Shown here: positions 10,801 through 22,171 of the stretch, one piece after another
Layout of the letters: every line of letters starts with the position of its first letter
Numbering within the stretch: the first letter of the stretch is position 1
DNA from: Centroscyllium fabricii
Taxonomy: Eukaryota
DNA length: 64,000 bases
Direction: 5' to 3'
Assembly (NCBI GenBank): GCA_051313645.2
Contig: JBNRSN020000008.1
Location: 51,956,001 to 52,020,000 of the forward strand
The notes under the pieces: generated by a model
Told to the model about the DNA's origin: nothing
Seen by the model: the letters and a program-made list of their open reading frames with translations, nothing else
Database searches by the model: none
Translations under genes and position numbers: made by a program

Positions 10801-11725
10801 CATGCCATTTCAGATATTAGTGGGTATGACTCAACTCTGAGCAGACTAAAAGTGGACAGATCTCTCTGGCAATATAAAGGTAATAGACAAAACAATTGTT
10901 AACAGTCCAGTGACAGTCAGAAGACAATCTGCGGTGGTACATATTTGAGTCCTTGATGGTATGAAGTCCGCTGTTTCTGTGCTTATGTATTCAAAGTTTG
11001 AATTCAGATTTTGAATCTATTAAATTTATTGAAATATTAACACAGATGTATTTCGATGTATAGAAGCACACTTTTTGAGTTGTATAACAGAAATATGGGA
11101 TAGCACGTAGCCTTTAAACAAAAGTAGACTGAATGTGAGTTACTGTCATGCAGTGAATGCTGACGCTTTTCTTTTAAGCACAGCTTTTCATACTCAAAAG
11201 AATTCAAGCAAGCAGTGCCTTTCCCCCTTCACAAATGCAGTGAATTTATGAGCTCTCCGAATATCTGGCAATACAGTAATCTTTTTATTAGAGCAATATT
11301 TAAATTTCACAAACTAGAGATTCATTAGTTAGTTTTCTATCTAATATAAATCTCCTATGTTGTAATATTATAATTAGATTTGTAACTTTCCCTGAAATCT
11401 CATCATTTAAATAATCATTCGGCAAATTCTACAAAAATACAGCTACAAGAACTTAACTCCTCGTGGGCCAGGGAAAGTTGCTCATTGACCTACTTTTCAT
11501 ATTTACCACTTCCACTGGAAATGTATTACTTTAAGTAAACCATATTTTTTGAAGTTTTAGCTACAGAATAGAGAAGGGAAAGGAAAGACTTACATTTATA
11601 TAGCGTCTTTCGTGACCTCCGAAGCGCTTTACCGCCAATGAAGTGCTTTTGAAGTGTCGTCACTGTTGTAAGGTGGGAATGTAAAGGGCTGAATTAAAGG
11701 GGGACTTTGTTGCAAGCGAGGCATT

Positions 11726-12038
11726 AATCATAGAATCATAGAATCCCTACAGTGCAGATAGAGGCCATTTTGGCCCATCAAGCCTGCACCGACACATATC
11801 CCACCCTATCCCCGTAACCCCACATATTTAATCCCCCTAACACTAAGGGTCAATTTATCCTGGCCAATCAACCTAACCCGCACATCTTTGGACTGTGGGA
11901 GGAAACCGGAGCACCCGGAGGAAGCCCACGCAGACACGGGGAGAATGTGCAAACTCCACACAGATAGTCACCCGAGGCCGGATTTGAACCCGGGCCCCCA
12001 GCGCTGTTAGGCAACAGTGCTAACCACTATGCCACTGT
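11726..12038 (-). mobile_element. tRNA-derived V-SINE (HE1-like)
   Basis: Minus strand head GTGGCATAGTGGTTAG (A box) and GGTTCAAATCC (B box), V-domain TGTGTGGAGTTTGCACATTCTCCCCGTGTCTGCGTGGG, and an (ATTCTATG)n tail. Confidence 0.88.
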
Positions 12039-13574
12039 GATGTAAGCAGGGGTTAATTTGGGGCAGGGAAGGGTCAAAAATGGCAGTTGAGATGGAAGTA
12101 GTTTTTACATTAACCCTGGGTTTGAGGTTGCGCCCAAGAGGTGCTCTAATACACAGAATAACATCACAATGGGCTCTGTGTCCATCCAATACATTTTTTG
12201 GTGTTCAGATCAGTTTAAGTGTCTGTGGGTGATAGTGACTCTAGGTTCATTTACAAAACTGCCAGTTTTGTGCACAATGATGACCAAACCAGCTGTTACT
12301 GTTTTCTTTACTTTATAAGTCTGTGTGTGTGAAAATAGTTGGAAAGACAAAGTTATGTCACCAGATGAAAAGCAATAAATTTGAAGAAAATCTTGAATTT
12401 ACTCACGATACTACAGAGTGTGAGGAGGCAAACGTTTTACAAATCATCATGCTATTTATAGCCAATTTTTTTTTTAAGAAGTGAACTGGCAGGACTGATG
12501 ATATTGGTATGTTCTGATACACAGACACGTACGTGAATGTAATAGGTCATCTCTTCTGTTGTTTAGTAACTCCTGGATGCTGCTCCCTTTTGTTTTAGTG
12601 CAACATGGAGATGATTTTTTAAATGTTGAACCGATGGGATGGAGAGAGCAAATTCACTTCAAAAAAAGAGACCATTTATGAATACGCCATAGTGAAGTTT
12701 CAGAGTCTAGTACCTCAGCTCTTTGCATTCTAATTAGCTGACAGAATCTCAGGACTACACTCCCAAAGAGCAGAAGGCTCCCTCAACAACTGTTATAAAA
12801 TGATAATGTAGCACACAGTAGGACATGCAAGATAGCATCATAGGAACGGCAGGGGGTGAACAGTACTCTTACTAGTGCTAGGCGAGGACCACCTTTGGCT
12901 TCAAAGGGAACTACAGCCATTTTGGAGCCATTCGTGTTTCCTCTTAACTCCAAAGTATTTCTCCTGTAGATGCTCCAGTCTTTCACCACAGGGACTGGAG
13001 CTTAGAGTTTGTCTGAAGTCGTCGCACTGCATGAGATTGGCTATCTGCTGCATTATCAGATAAAATGCTCTTGTCACTTTTTGGTTTCAGGGGAAGGTGT
13101 TGTGAAGATTTTTGTGAACCATATTCAAACTACAAGTTGCCTCACAATCTGTGATCATCCTGGGTTACGTATAGCAGAGTTCAGGTATGCTGCTGAAGCA
13201 GAGCAAAGCATTTTAATCTGGATTCACTTATATTTTGTCAAGCTAGATGGATGTCTCTACCAGCAGTTATGTTGGTCAGATTACCAAGATCTTAACTTTC
13301 TGAGCTTCAGATACAGTGATGTTCTGGTGTTTTAATATAAACATGTCTCTGCGCAAATAAAATCCATAATCCCAGAACAAAGTCATTAAAAGTCCATTTC
13401 TGCTCTTCCGTCCTCCACAGTTCAGTCAATAAACACATCACATGGGCCTTAAAATTATGCAGTGTGAATATTAGTATGTGAACCCTTAACATGTTTGTAT
13501 AAAATTCCATTATATTATTTTAACAAATGTTAACTTATTTCCAGTAAACAGTTTAATGCCGCTGTTAAAATAAA

Positions 13575-14375
13575 CAACTCACATTTATATAGCACCTTTA
13601 AAGTAGAAATATTTCCCAAGCTGCTTTACAGAAGTAATTAGACAAAATGGATGCCAAGCCAAAAAACAGAGAGATTCGAAGGGGTGACCAAAAGCATGAG
13701 CTTGAGCAAAGAGGTGAGTTTTAAGGAGGGTCTTAAAGGAGGAGAGGAAGGTTAGAAGGTGAAGAGGTTTAAGGTGAGTTGAAGGCACATTCACCAATAG
13801 TGGGTTGAAGGGAGGTGGGTATGCGCAAGAGCTCGGAGTCAGAGCATTCTAAGGCTGGTGGAGGTTACAGAGACATGGAGATAGGAGGCCATTAAGGGAT
13901 TCAAACACAATGGTGAGAATTTTAAATTTGAGGCATTGGGGGACCAGGAGCTAATGTCTATCAGCACGGATAGGGGTGATGGGTAAGCGGGACTCGGTGC
14001 GGGATAGGATATGGGCAGCGGAGTTTTGGAAGAGAGCCAGCCAGCCGGCCAGGAAAACATTGGAATAGTGGAATATAGAGGTGGTGTAAGCTTAGATATG
14101 GGTTTCAGAGCCGGATGGGCAGAGGCTGGGGCAGTAGCGGATGATGTTAAGGAGGTGGAAGAAGGCAGTCTTTGTGATGGAAAGGATAGGGGGGCTGGAC
14201 ACTTAGCTTGGGGTCAAATAGGATGTCGAGGTTGCAAACAGTGCTCTTCAACCTGAGGCAGTGGCCAGGTGTTGGAATTAGTGGCAAGTGTATGGAGGTT
14301 ATGGCGAGTGCCAAAGACGATGACTTTGGACTTCCCAATATTTAACTGGAGGAAACTGTGGCTCATCAAAGACTG
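13575..14375 (-). mobile_element. L2-clade LINE 3' fragment, degraded
   Basis: Similar to 8165-8870; SSFKTLLKTHLF peptide and the same 3' tail. Confidence 0.75.
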
Positions 14376-14647
14376 GGGCCTAGAAATTCAATGACACTGT
14401 GCCCTTTTTACGGATATGAAACAGGCACCTAAGCCTCTAATATGGCGGGCAGGAAGCATATGCTCATTTCAAGCTGGAAGTGCACCACCCGCCATATTGC
14501 TATAGGCAACAACAGAAAAATAGGCCTGAAACAGACGTTTGTCCCTTTATATCTGTAAGTAAGGTACCAATCACATGTTTGAGGCCCTCTTTGGAATAAT
14601 GGGTTGCCCTCAATGCAGCCGGCAAGTTAACAATATGACACAAAGTA

Positions 14648-14918
14648 CAGGTTGAGCACCAGTAATCCGGCACCCGATGGTCCGACAGCTTCAGTGGTCC
14701 GGCACGATTGGAAACCGGCACTCTTCATTTTGCGGAGCAGCAGCTCAGCGGCGCCACCATTTCACGGGAAGGGTGAGTGAGCGCCGAAGGCGTCGGGCAT
14801 TTGGGTTTCTGTTTTTTCAGGGCTTGTAAGTGTTCTGTCTCCGGGCTCCCTCCCGGAATTTTCAGTGGTCCAGCACCAGCCTGGTCCCGAGGGTGCCGGA
14901 TAAACGGTGCTCAACCTA
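14648..14918. mobile_element. Tigger-like MITE, copy 3 (short, no minisatellite array)
   Basis: Same TIRs as copies 1 and 2, with TA flanks at 14646-14647 and 14919-14920. Confidence 0.85.
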
Positions 14919-15280
14919 TAATACAGACCAGGAAAAGCCCAGGTTTGATCCCTGGTCTGTGCCGAGTAAGCAGACCTTTTAGCTGGGGTCATTGTGGGGA
15001 TGCCACATGCCTTCTCAGTATACCTGGCCTAGGGAGGAAAACATTAAACAAGTTTCCTAATTGCTTTCTAGTGCCCTTTGCTGAAAGTCTCTAGAGAGGT
15101 TGCCAGCAGGGTTGGCTGTGATGTTCTCCACAACTGAATAGACTCACAGTCCAAACTCATATATAAAGAACAGCCACATGGGTGTGGTACGAGAGTGCTG
15201 CTGATGTCCATAGAACTGTATCCAGCATGAGTGAACTCCTTCAGGAAAGTAAGGGAGAGAAGGGGATCAACTTGTGGTGG

Positions 15281-15567
15281 TGTGGTAACCCATAATATGT
15301 ATATGTACCACTGAATTATTGTTGCCAACAATTGGCTGTGTGTGATACACAGCCCTGTAATACTGCTGTAACACTGTCGTGGAGCCAGGTCAGCCACACC
15401 TCTAACTCCTCCCCCAGGTGAGGCCTTTATAGGTGCGGACTGACCGAGGCTCCCTCATTCTGTTCTGATGTTCGTTCGGAGGGTAGCTCCAAAGTAAGTT
15501 ATTAAAAGCCTATAGTTACGGTAACTACTCGTCCAGTCTTTTATTAAGAGATATTGACGATACGTCA
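15281..15567 (+). repeat. 5' LTR
   Basis: Matches 19837-20123 at 285 of 287 positions by manual comparison. TATA-like TTTATAG at ~15426, ATTAAA at 15501. Confidence 0.97.
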
Positions 15568-15592
15568 ATTTTAATAACTTAAAAATGTTGAA

Positions 15593-18500
15593 ATGGAGAG
15601 CGGTGCAGTAAAGCCAGAAAAGCTGGATATCAGTCCACAGGACCCAGCCGCCGCCACCACGTTCGAACACTGGTTCGGTCTCCTGGAGGCCTATATGGAC
15701 GCCGCCAAGGCTACAACCGATGAGACCAAGCTACAGGTTCTCCGGTCTAGGATCTCCAGCCGAGTATTCTCCCTCATCCGAGACGCCAAAACCTACCCAG
15801 GGGCAGTGGAAAAGCTGAGGAAATGCTACGAGCGCCCGGTCCATTCGGTCTACGCCAGACATGTGCTCGCGACCAGACCACAACTACCGGGTGAGACCAA
15901 TGAACAGTTGGAGCAAGCGCTCCAGGCCCTGGTACGGGTCTGTGGCTGCCAAGCCTGGACAGCAGAAGAGAAGGTGAACCTCCTCGTCCGAGACGCGTAC
16001 GTAACCGGCCTGAGGTGCGTGGAAGCCCGCCAGCGGCTGCTCGAAAAAGACTCTTTGTCTCTGGAAGAGGCTATCGCCATAGCAAACTCCGTTGAAGGAG
16101 CACGCAATAAATTGCAGGCGTACAGCGGCACAAACCCGCAGGCCTACGACATGTGAGCCGCGCCACAATGGGCCCAGGCCTGGGCAGCACCACAACGGGT
16201 CGAGACCCCCAAGATGGCTGCGACAGCCACAAAGGACAAGCGCTGCTATTTCTGCGGCCAGGGACTGCACCCGCGAGCGAGATGCCCAGCAAGGACCGCG
16301 ACCTGCGAGAGGTGCGCCAAAAAGGGACATTACGCAAAGGCTTGCAGATCAGCACCAGCAGCGCCCAACTCCAGGTACAACAGCGCAGCCTGTGAAAGCT
16401 CCGACAGACCTCAGGTAAGCTGCAATAGCAGCGCGATCCAGCGACGGTCCGGGGGTAGAAGGGAAGCGCCCCCAGCTCCCACCCCGATGCGGCAAAGGCC
16501 GGCAAAGCGCGACCCCCCAACGCCAGCAGCAGACCCAACGCGGCCGGCTGCGTGCGAATCACGGGCACCGCCAACCCAACCACCGCAGCCCGCTGTGTGC
16601 GAACCACGGGCGCCGCCAACCCAGTCACCGCGGCCCACTGCGTGCGAACCACGGGCGCCGCCAGCGCACTCACAGCGGTCAGCCACGTGCGAACCACGGG
16701 CGCCACCATCTCGACCCCAGCGGCCCACCATGTGCAACCCCTAGGCGGCGCCATTTTGTCCCCAGCGGCCCGCCATGTGCGAGCCAGGGGCGCCGCCATT
16801 TTGTCTCCAAGGCCCCACCATTTGCGAGCCAGGGGCGCCGCCATTTTGTGTACAGCCCCAACCAGCAGGGGGCCCCCACACACAAAAGTACACGTCGGCT
16901 TCAGCCATACCCAGAGTGGACCAGGACAGGCCACACACTCTGTCGAATTCGATGATGCCTATTAAAATAAACGGCCATATTATCGATTGCCTATTTGACA
17001 CTGGAAGCACGGAGAGCTTTGTGCACCCCGATACAGTGCAGCGCTGCGGACTGCAGATCCTGCCCACGAATTACCAAGTCTCCCTTGCTTCAAAGTCCCA
17101 CACCGCGGACGTCACCGGCTACTGCTCCGTCACGCTCACAGTCAAGGGGTGCGTGTACCGTAATTTTAAATTGTACACACTCCAGCAGTTGTGTGCCCCA
17201 GCCTTACTAGGTCTGGATTTCCAGTGCCACCTCAAGAGCGTGACAATGGAGTTCGGCGGGACCTTGCCCCCCCTCACCGTCAGTAGCCGGGACAGTCCCT
17301 TCCCAAACGGAGCCCGGCCTGCGGCCTCTCCACCCTGAAAATCGCCAACCTCGACCCCAAGTGCAAACCTATTGCTACCAAGAGTCGGCAGTACAGTGTG
17401 GGGGATCGCACGTTTATCAGGTCGGAGGTCGGGCGTATGCTGAAGGAGGGGATAATTGAAGCCAGCACCAGCCCCTGGCGGGCCCAGGTAGTAGTGGTGA
17501 AGTCTGGCGAGAAACAGCGGCTGGTGATCGATTACAGCCAGACTATCAACCGCTACACCGGGCTCGACGTCTACCCCCTCCCCCGCATCTCGGAAATGGT
17601 CAACCAGATCGCCCAATATAAGGTGTTCTCCACGATCGACCTTAAGTCGGCGTATCACCAACTCCCGATCCGGAAAGCCGACCGCCCCTACACCGCCTTC
17701 GAGGCGAACGGTCGGCTCTCCCACTTCCTCCGGGTCCCCTTCGGCGTGACCAACGGAGTGTCAGTGTTCCAAAGGGAGATGGACCGCATGGTTGACCAGA
17801 ACGAGTTGCAGGCCACTTTCCCTTACCTGGACAACGTGACCATCTGCGGCCACGACCAGCAGGACCACGATGCCAATCTGGCCAAATTCCTCGACACGGC
17901 GGATAAGCTGGACCTCACGTATAACAAAGACAAATGTGTCTTTAATACAGACCGGCTCGCCATCCTCGGATACGTGGTGGAAAATGGGGTCCTCGGCCCC
18001 GACCCACAGCGTATGCGACCCCTTCAAGAACTGCCCCTACCTCACAACCCTAAAGCCTTGAGGAGATGCCTAGGATTTTTCTCCTATTACGCACAATGGG
18101 TCCCACAGTTCGCGGACAAGGCTAGACCACTCCTCAAGGCTGCCGTTTTCCCCCTTTCGGTAGAAGCCCAAACGGCATTCGCCCGGATAAAGGAAGACAT
18201 CATCAAGGCAACCATGCTTGCTGTTGATGAATCCATTCCCTTCCAGGTGGAGAGCGACGCTTAGGACTTTGCCCTTGCTGCCACCCTGAATCAGGCAGGC
18301 AGGCAGGCAGGCCCGTAGCGTTTTTCTCCCGCACCCTACAGGGACCCGAAACTCGCCACTCTGCAGTGGAAAAGGAGGCCCAGGCCATCGTGGAGGCCGT
18401 GCGCTACTGGCGTCATTACCTGGCCGGTAAGCGTATTACCCTTCTCACCGACCAACGGTCGGTGGCGTTTATGTTTAATAATAAACAGAAGGGTAAGATC

Positions 18501-19835
18501 AAGAATGATAAGATCCTGCGGTGGCGGATCGAACTCTCGACTTACGAGTACGACATTCTTTACCGACCAGGTAAACTCAATGAACCCCCGGACGCACTGT
18601 CCAGGGGAACGTGCGCCAGTGCCCAGCTAGACCGGCTGAAGGACCTCCACGACCGCCTTTGCCACCCGGGTGTCACCAGACTCGCCCACTTCGTCAGATC
18701 CCGTAGCCTCCCCTACTCCATCACGGAGATCAAGGCTATGACCCGAGAGTGCCCTGTTTGCGCCGAGTGCAAACCCCAATTTTTCCGGCCAGACACGGTG
18801 CACCTCATCAAGGCCACCCGCTCCTTTGAACATCTCAGCGTGGACTTCAAAGGCCCCCTCCCCACCACCGACCGCAACTCATACTTCCTCACGGTCGTAG
18901 ATGAGTTCTCCCGCTTCCCCTTCGCCTTCCCCTGCGCAGATATGACGAGCGCAACGGTGATAAAACACTTCACTACGCTGTTCGCCATTTTCGGTCTCCC
19001 CAGCTACATCCATAGCGACCGGAGGTCATCGTTCATGAGCGATGAACTGCGTCAGTTTCTGCTCCAGAAAGGGGTTGCCACGAGCAGAACGACCAGTTAT
19101 AACCCCCGGGGGAACGGCCAGGTAGAAAGGGAGAATGGGATCATCTGGAAGGCGGTCACCCTGGCTCTGAAGTCCAGAGGCCTTCCAGTGGCCCATTGGC
19201 AGGCAGTCCTCCCAGACGCGCTGCATTCTATACGCTCTCTCCTGTGTACGGCCACTAACGCCACCCCTCATGATTTGATTTTTGCTTTTCCCAGGAAGTT
19301 GACTTCGGGGACAGCTCTTCCACCATGGCTCACGACACCGGGGCCGGTCTTCCTTAGGAGACACGTCCGTGGCCACAAGACCGACCCCCTGGTGGACAAG
19401 GTGCAGCTCCTGCATGCGAACCCGCAATACGCGTTTGTACAGTTCCCGGACGGGCGTGAGGACACTGTTTCAATTAGGGACCTGGCGCCCGCAGGAAACA
19501 CCGCAGCAGAGCCCCTGGTCGGCCAGCAGCCCGCCCAGCCACAGTATCCAGAACACCCCCTACACCTACGATGGCCTCCGAGGTTTCCAGAGCCCCAGCC
19601 GTGGCCAGCCCAAGACCACCACTCCGATAGCTCAGACCATCTGAGACCATCACCATCCGAAACCATGGCACCAGAGCCGCTGTCACCACCAACGGACTCG
19701 AGCAGCACGGACCACGAAGAACCATCACCGGAACTCCGGCGGTCCTCCAGGCTGACACGACCGCCGGACAAACTGATATTGAACTGCTCGGTCCATTCAC
19801 CCCACCCCGGACTTAAAATTTTCAAGAAGGGGTGA
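15593..19835 (+). pseudogene. gag-pol: gag-pol polyprotein, disrupted by 3 in-frame stops and 2 frameshifts
   Basis: Two Zn knuckles CYFCGQGLHPRARC and CERCAKKGHYAKAC, protease LFDTGS, RT LPRI/DLKSAYHQ/PFGVTNG/YLDNV, RNase H ESDA..EKEAQA..TDQR..PDALSR, integrase HHCC and SVDF/HSD/GQVER. Stops at 16154, 16742 and 18262; frameshifts near 17315 and 18292-18311. Confidence 0.95.
16541..16855 (+). repeat. Seven 45-bp in-frame tandem repeats in the Gag-protease linker
   Basis: Unit of the form CGGCCCACTGCGTGCGAACCACGGGCGCCGCCAACCCAGTCACCG, encoding RPxxCEP(R/G)APP. Confidence 0.9.
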
Positions 19836-19836
19836 A

Positions 19837-20123
19837 TGTGGTAACCCATAATATGTATATGTACCACTGAATTATTGTTGCCAACAATTGGCTGTGTGTG
19901 ATACACAGCCCTGTAATACTGCTGTAACACTGTCGTGGAGCCAGGTCAGCCACACCTCTAACTCCTCCCCCAGGTGAGGCCTTTATAGGTGCGGACTGAC
20001 CGAGGCTCCCTCATTCTGTTCTGATGTTCGTTCGGAGGGTAGCTCCAAAGTAAGTTATTTGAAGCCTATAGTTACGGTAACTACTCGTCCAGTCTTTTAT
20101 TAAGAGATATTGACGATACGTCA
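19837..20123 (+). repeat. 3' LTR
   Basis: Direct repeat of 15281-15567; differs only at 20060-20061 (TG versus AA). Confidence 0.97.
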
Positions 20124-21180
20124 GGTGGTGAGGGCTGGAAGGGGGCTGCATTTTTATAGCTTCAATCAATGTCGTGCATTTTGACAATAGTATTGCCACG
20201 GGCTTTATTTATAAGTCTTTGCAAAATGACAATAGCAAGTAAGTTTTTGATTTTTATATATATTTATTTAGATCTGAGGTGTAAAAAGAGGCAAGGTCGG
20301 AAAACATTTGTCTCTTGAATTAACCAGTTCTGCATTCAAGCAAATATTCACTGAAATATCTAATCTCACATAAATTACAGCTGCCCACATCATCTTGGGA
20401 GGTTTGAGGGAGTGGGAAACTGTTGCTAAGAAGCTGGGACTAATTAACTTGCTGTAGATTTGCCTTCAAAAACTGAGTGACACGGAGAGAGATCAACAAA
20501 GAGTTTCCCAAATGCTACTGTTCCTCACCTCTATTTTGTAGACCTCTGCCTGCCTCATGACCCCTTCCTGTCTGAATGAACTGGCTCCAATCTTATGTTG
20601 ACCCAGATCGGCCCAAGAACAGCTTTTAAATGCAACGCCAGTGCTTTCAGTAGGGATAAGCATTCTGTTTGTTTTTGTGATCGCAACTGGGATCCTTAAG
20701 ATTGAAAAAATGCGAAGCTGCTAACATACTTTGCTTTCAGTGACAGCAATAATTTATTTTTGTGATACCGAGTCAAATCTATGTTAATATTTTTTTGTAA
20801 AAAGAACTTTCTTACGTTATCCCCTCCAGCTGCTGATCTGGAGAGCACGCATTTTCAACATATCCTCACATTGTTTTGGTGAATTTGTTGCAAATATAGC
20901 GAAGTGCCTAACGGATTGTATTCCACTGTTTACAATAATCTGCTGCATGTATGTAAAATAGGCAATGGCCAGAAAACTGGTGCAGGGTAATACAGGTTTC
21001 TTAAAGGGATAGCCCACGCAAAGCAAAATTCCTTCAGCTTCGCCTAAATTGATTTTACAACATGGAATAATCCCAATTAGGACTAGTTATTGTTTTTATT
21101 TCGATCAGAACTCATCACCAGCTTTGATTCAAAACGGAAGCAGATGGTGGCTTCACCCGTAAGGGATCGCGTTTTACTTA

Positions 21181-21762
21181 TTTTAAAATTCGTTCATGGG
21201 ACCTGGGCGTCATAGCAAGGCCAGTATTTATTGCCGATCCCCTAATTGCCCTCGAGAAGGTGGCGGTGAGCCGCCTTCTTGAACAGCTGCAGTCCGTGTG
21301 GTGAAGGTACTCCCACAGTGCTGTTCGGGAGGGAGTTCCAGGATTTTGATCCAGCAATGGTGAAGGTTCGGCGATATACTTCCAAGTCAGGATGGTGTGT
21401 GACTTGGAGGGTAACTTGGAGGTGGTGGTGTTCCCATGCTCCTGCTGCCCTCGTCCTTCTAGGTGGAAGAGGTTGCGGGTTTGGGAGGTGCTACCAAAGA
21501 AGCCTTGGCGAGTTGCTGCAGTGCAACTTGTAGATGGTACACACTGCAGCCACGGTACGCCGGTGGTGGAGGGAGTGAATGTTTAAGGCGGTGGGTGGGG
21601 TGCCAATCAAGCAGGCTGCTTTGTCCTGGATGGAGTCGAGCTTCTTGAGTGTTGTTGGAGCTGCACTCATCCAGGCAAGTGGAGGGTATTCCATCACATG
21701 CCTTACTCGTGCCTTGTAGATGGTGGAGGGGCTTTGGGGAGTTAGGAGGTTAAACACTCACC
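21181..21762 (-). mobile_element. CR1-group LINE 3' fragment
   Basis: ORF 21491-21757 (IYKARVRHVMEYPPLAWMSAAPTTLKKLDSIQ) is an RT C-terminal region; same family as 5124-5452. Confidence 0.8.
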
Positions 21763-22171
21763 TCTGATTTGTGCCCAAACTTGCTGAGGCTGCTGCAGTC
21801 AACAGATGTTTCAGCTGGATTCCAAACTGGCTCTCTACCTCAAATTTACCGCTGGCTCCCTGGGATTCAGGTAGAAAGATCTGTTGAAGGTGTTTATCCC
21901 AGTCACGAACCACATGATACGCAAAGTCATACCATTCTAAAACCTAACACAGACTGAAAGAGAGAGCTTCAATAGGTTAGGAAGATGAGCTGATAGGTAG
22001 ACAGATGCAAGATTCATTTAAAAAGTAGCAATGCAAACTGCAGAGCTCTATGCCACAGGACATCACATTGGAAAGGGATCTGAGGAAACTGGCCAATCGC
22101 TCACTGAAACCAACAGTCCACTGTGCGGGAGCAGTAATTAAACCTAACCAATATATAAGAACATAACATAA

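Larger units (their letters stand above)
15281..20123 (+). mobile_element. Full-length (4843 bp) Ty3/Gypsy LTR retrotransposon, Mag-like, coding region disabled
   Basis: Two 287-bp TG...CA LTRs and a 5-bp TSD GGTGG (15276-15280, 20124-20128). Domain order is Gag-PR-RT-RNaseH-IN, with PPT AAGAAGGGGTGAA before the 3' LTR. No env or chromodomain seen. Confidence 0.97.

Noticed and set aside
11960-12038. tRNA genes at SINE heads (also ~24900, ~46570, ~47270, ~55880)
   Set aside because: A and B boxes run straight into SINE bodies, with no complete cloverleaf or terminator.
12300-13400. Possible ancient transposase or exon remnant
   Set aside because: No motif or splice pattern could be supported by eye; needs a translated search.
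16154-16156. Programmed gag stop read-through
   Set aside because: The stop precedes the zinc knuckles and other disabling lesions exist, so mutation is the simpler explanation.
16071-19930. Antisense ORFs over the Gypsy element (287, 201, 220 aa)
   Set aside because: Expected shadow ORFs of GC-rich coding and repeat sequence; no recognisable motifs.
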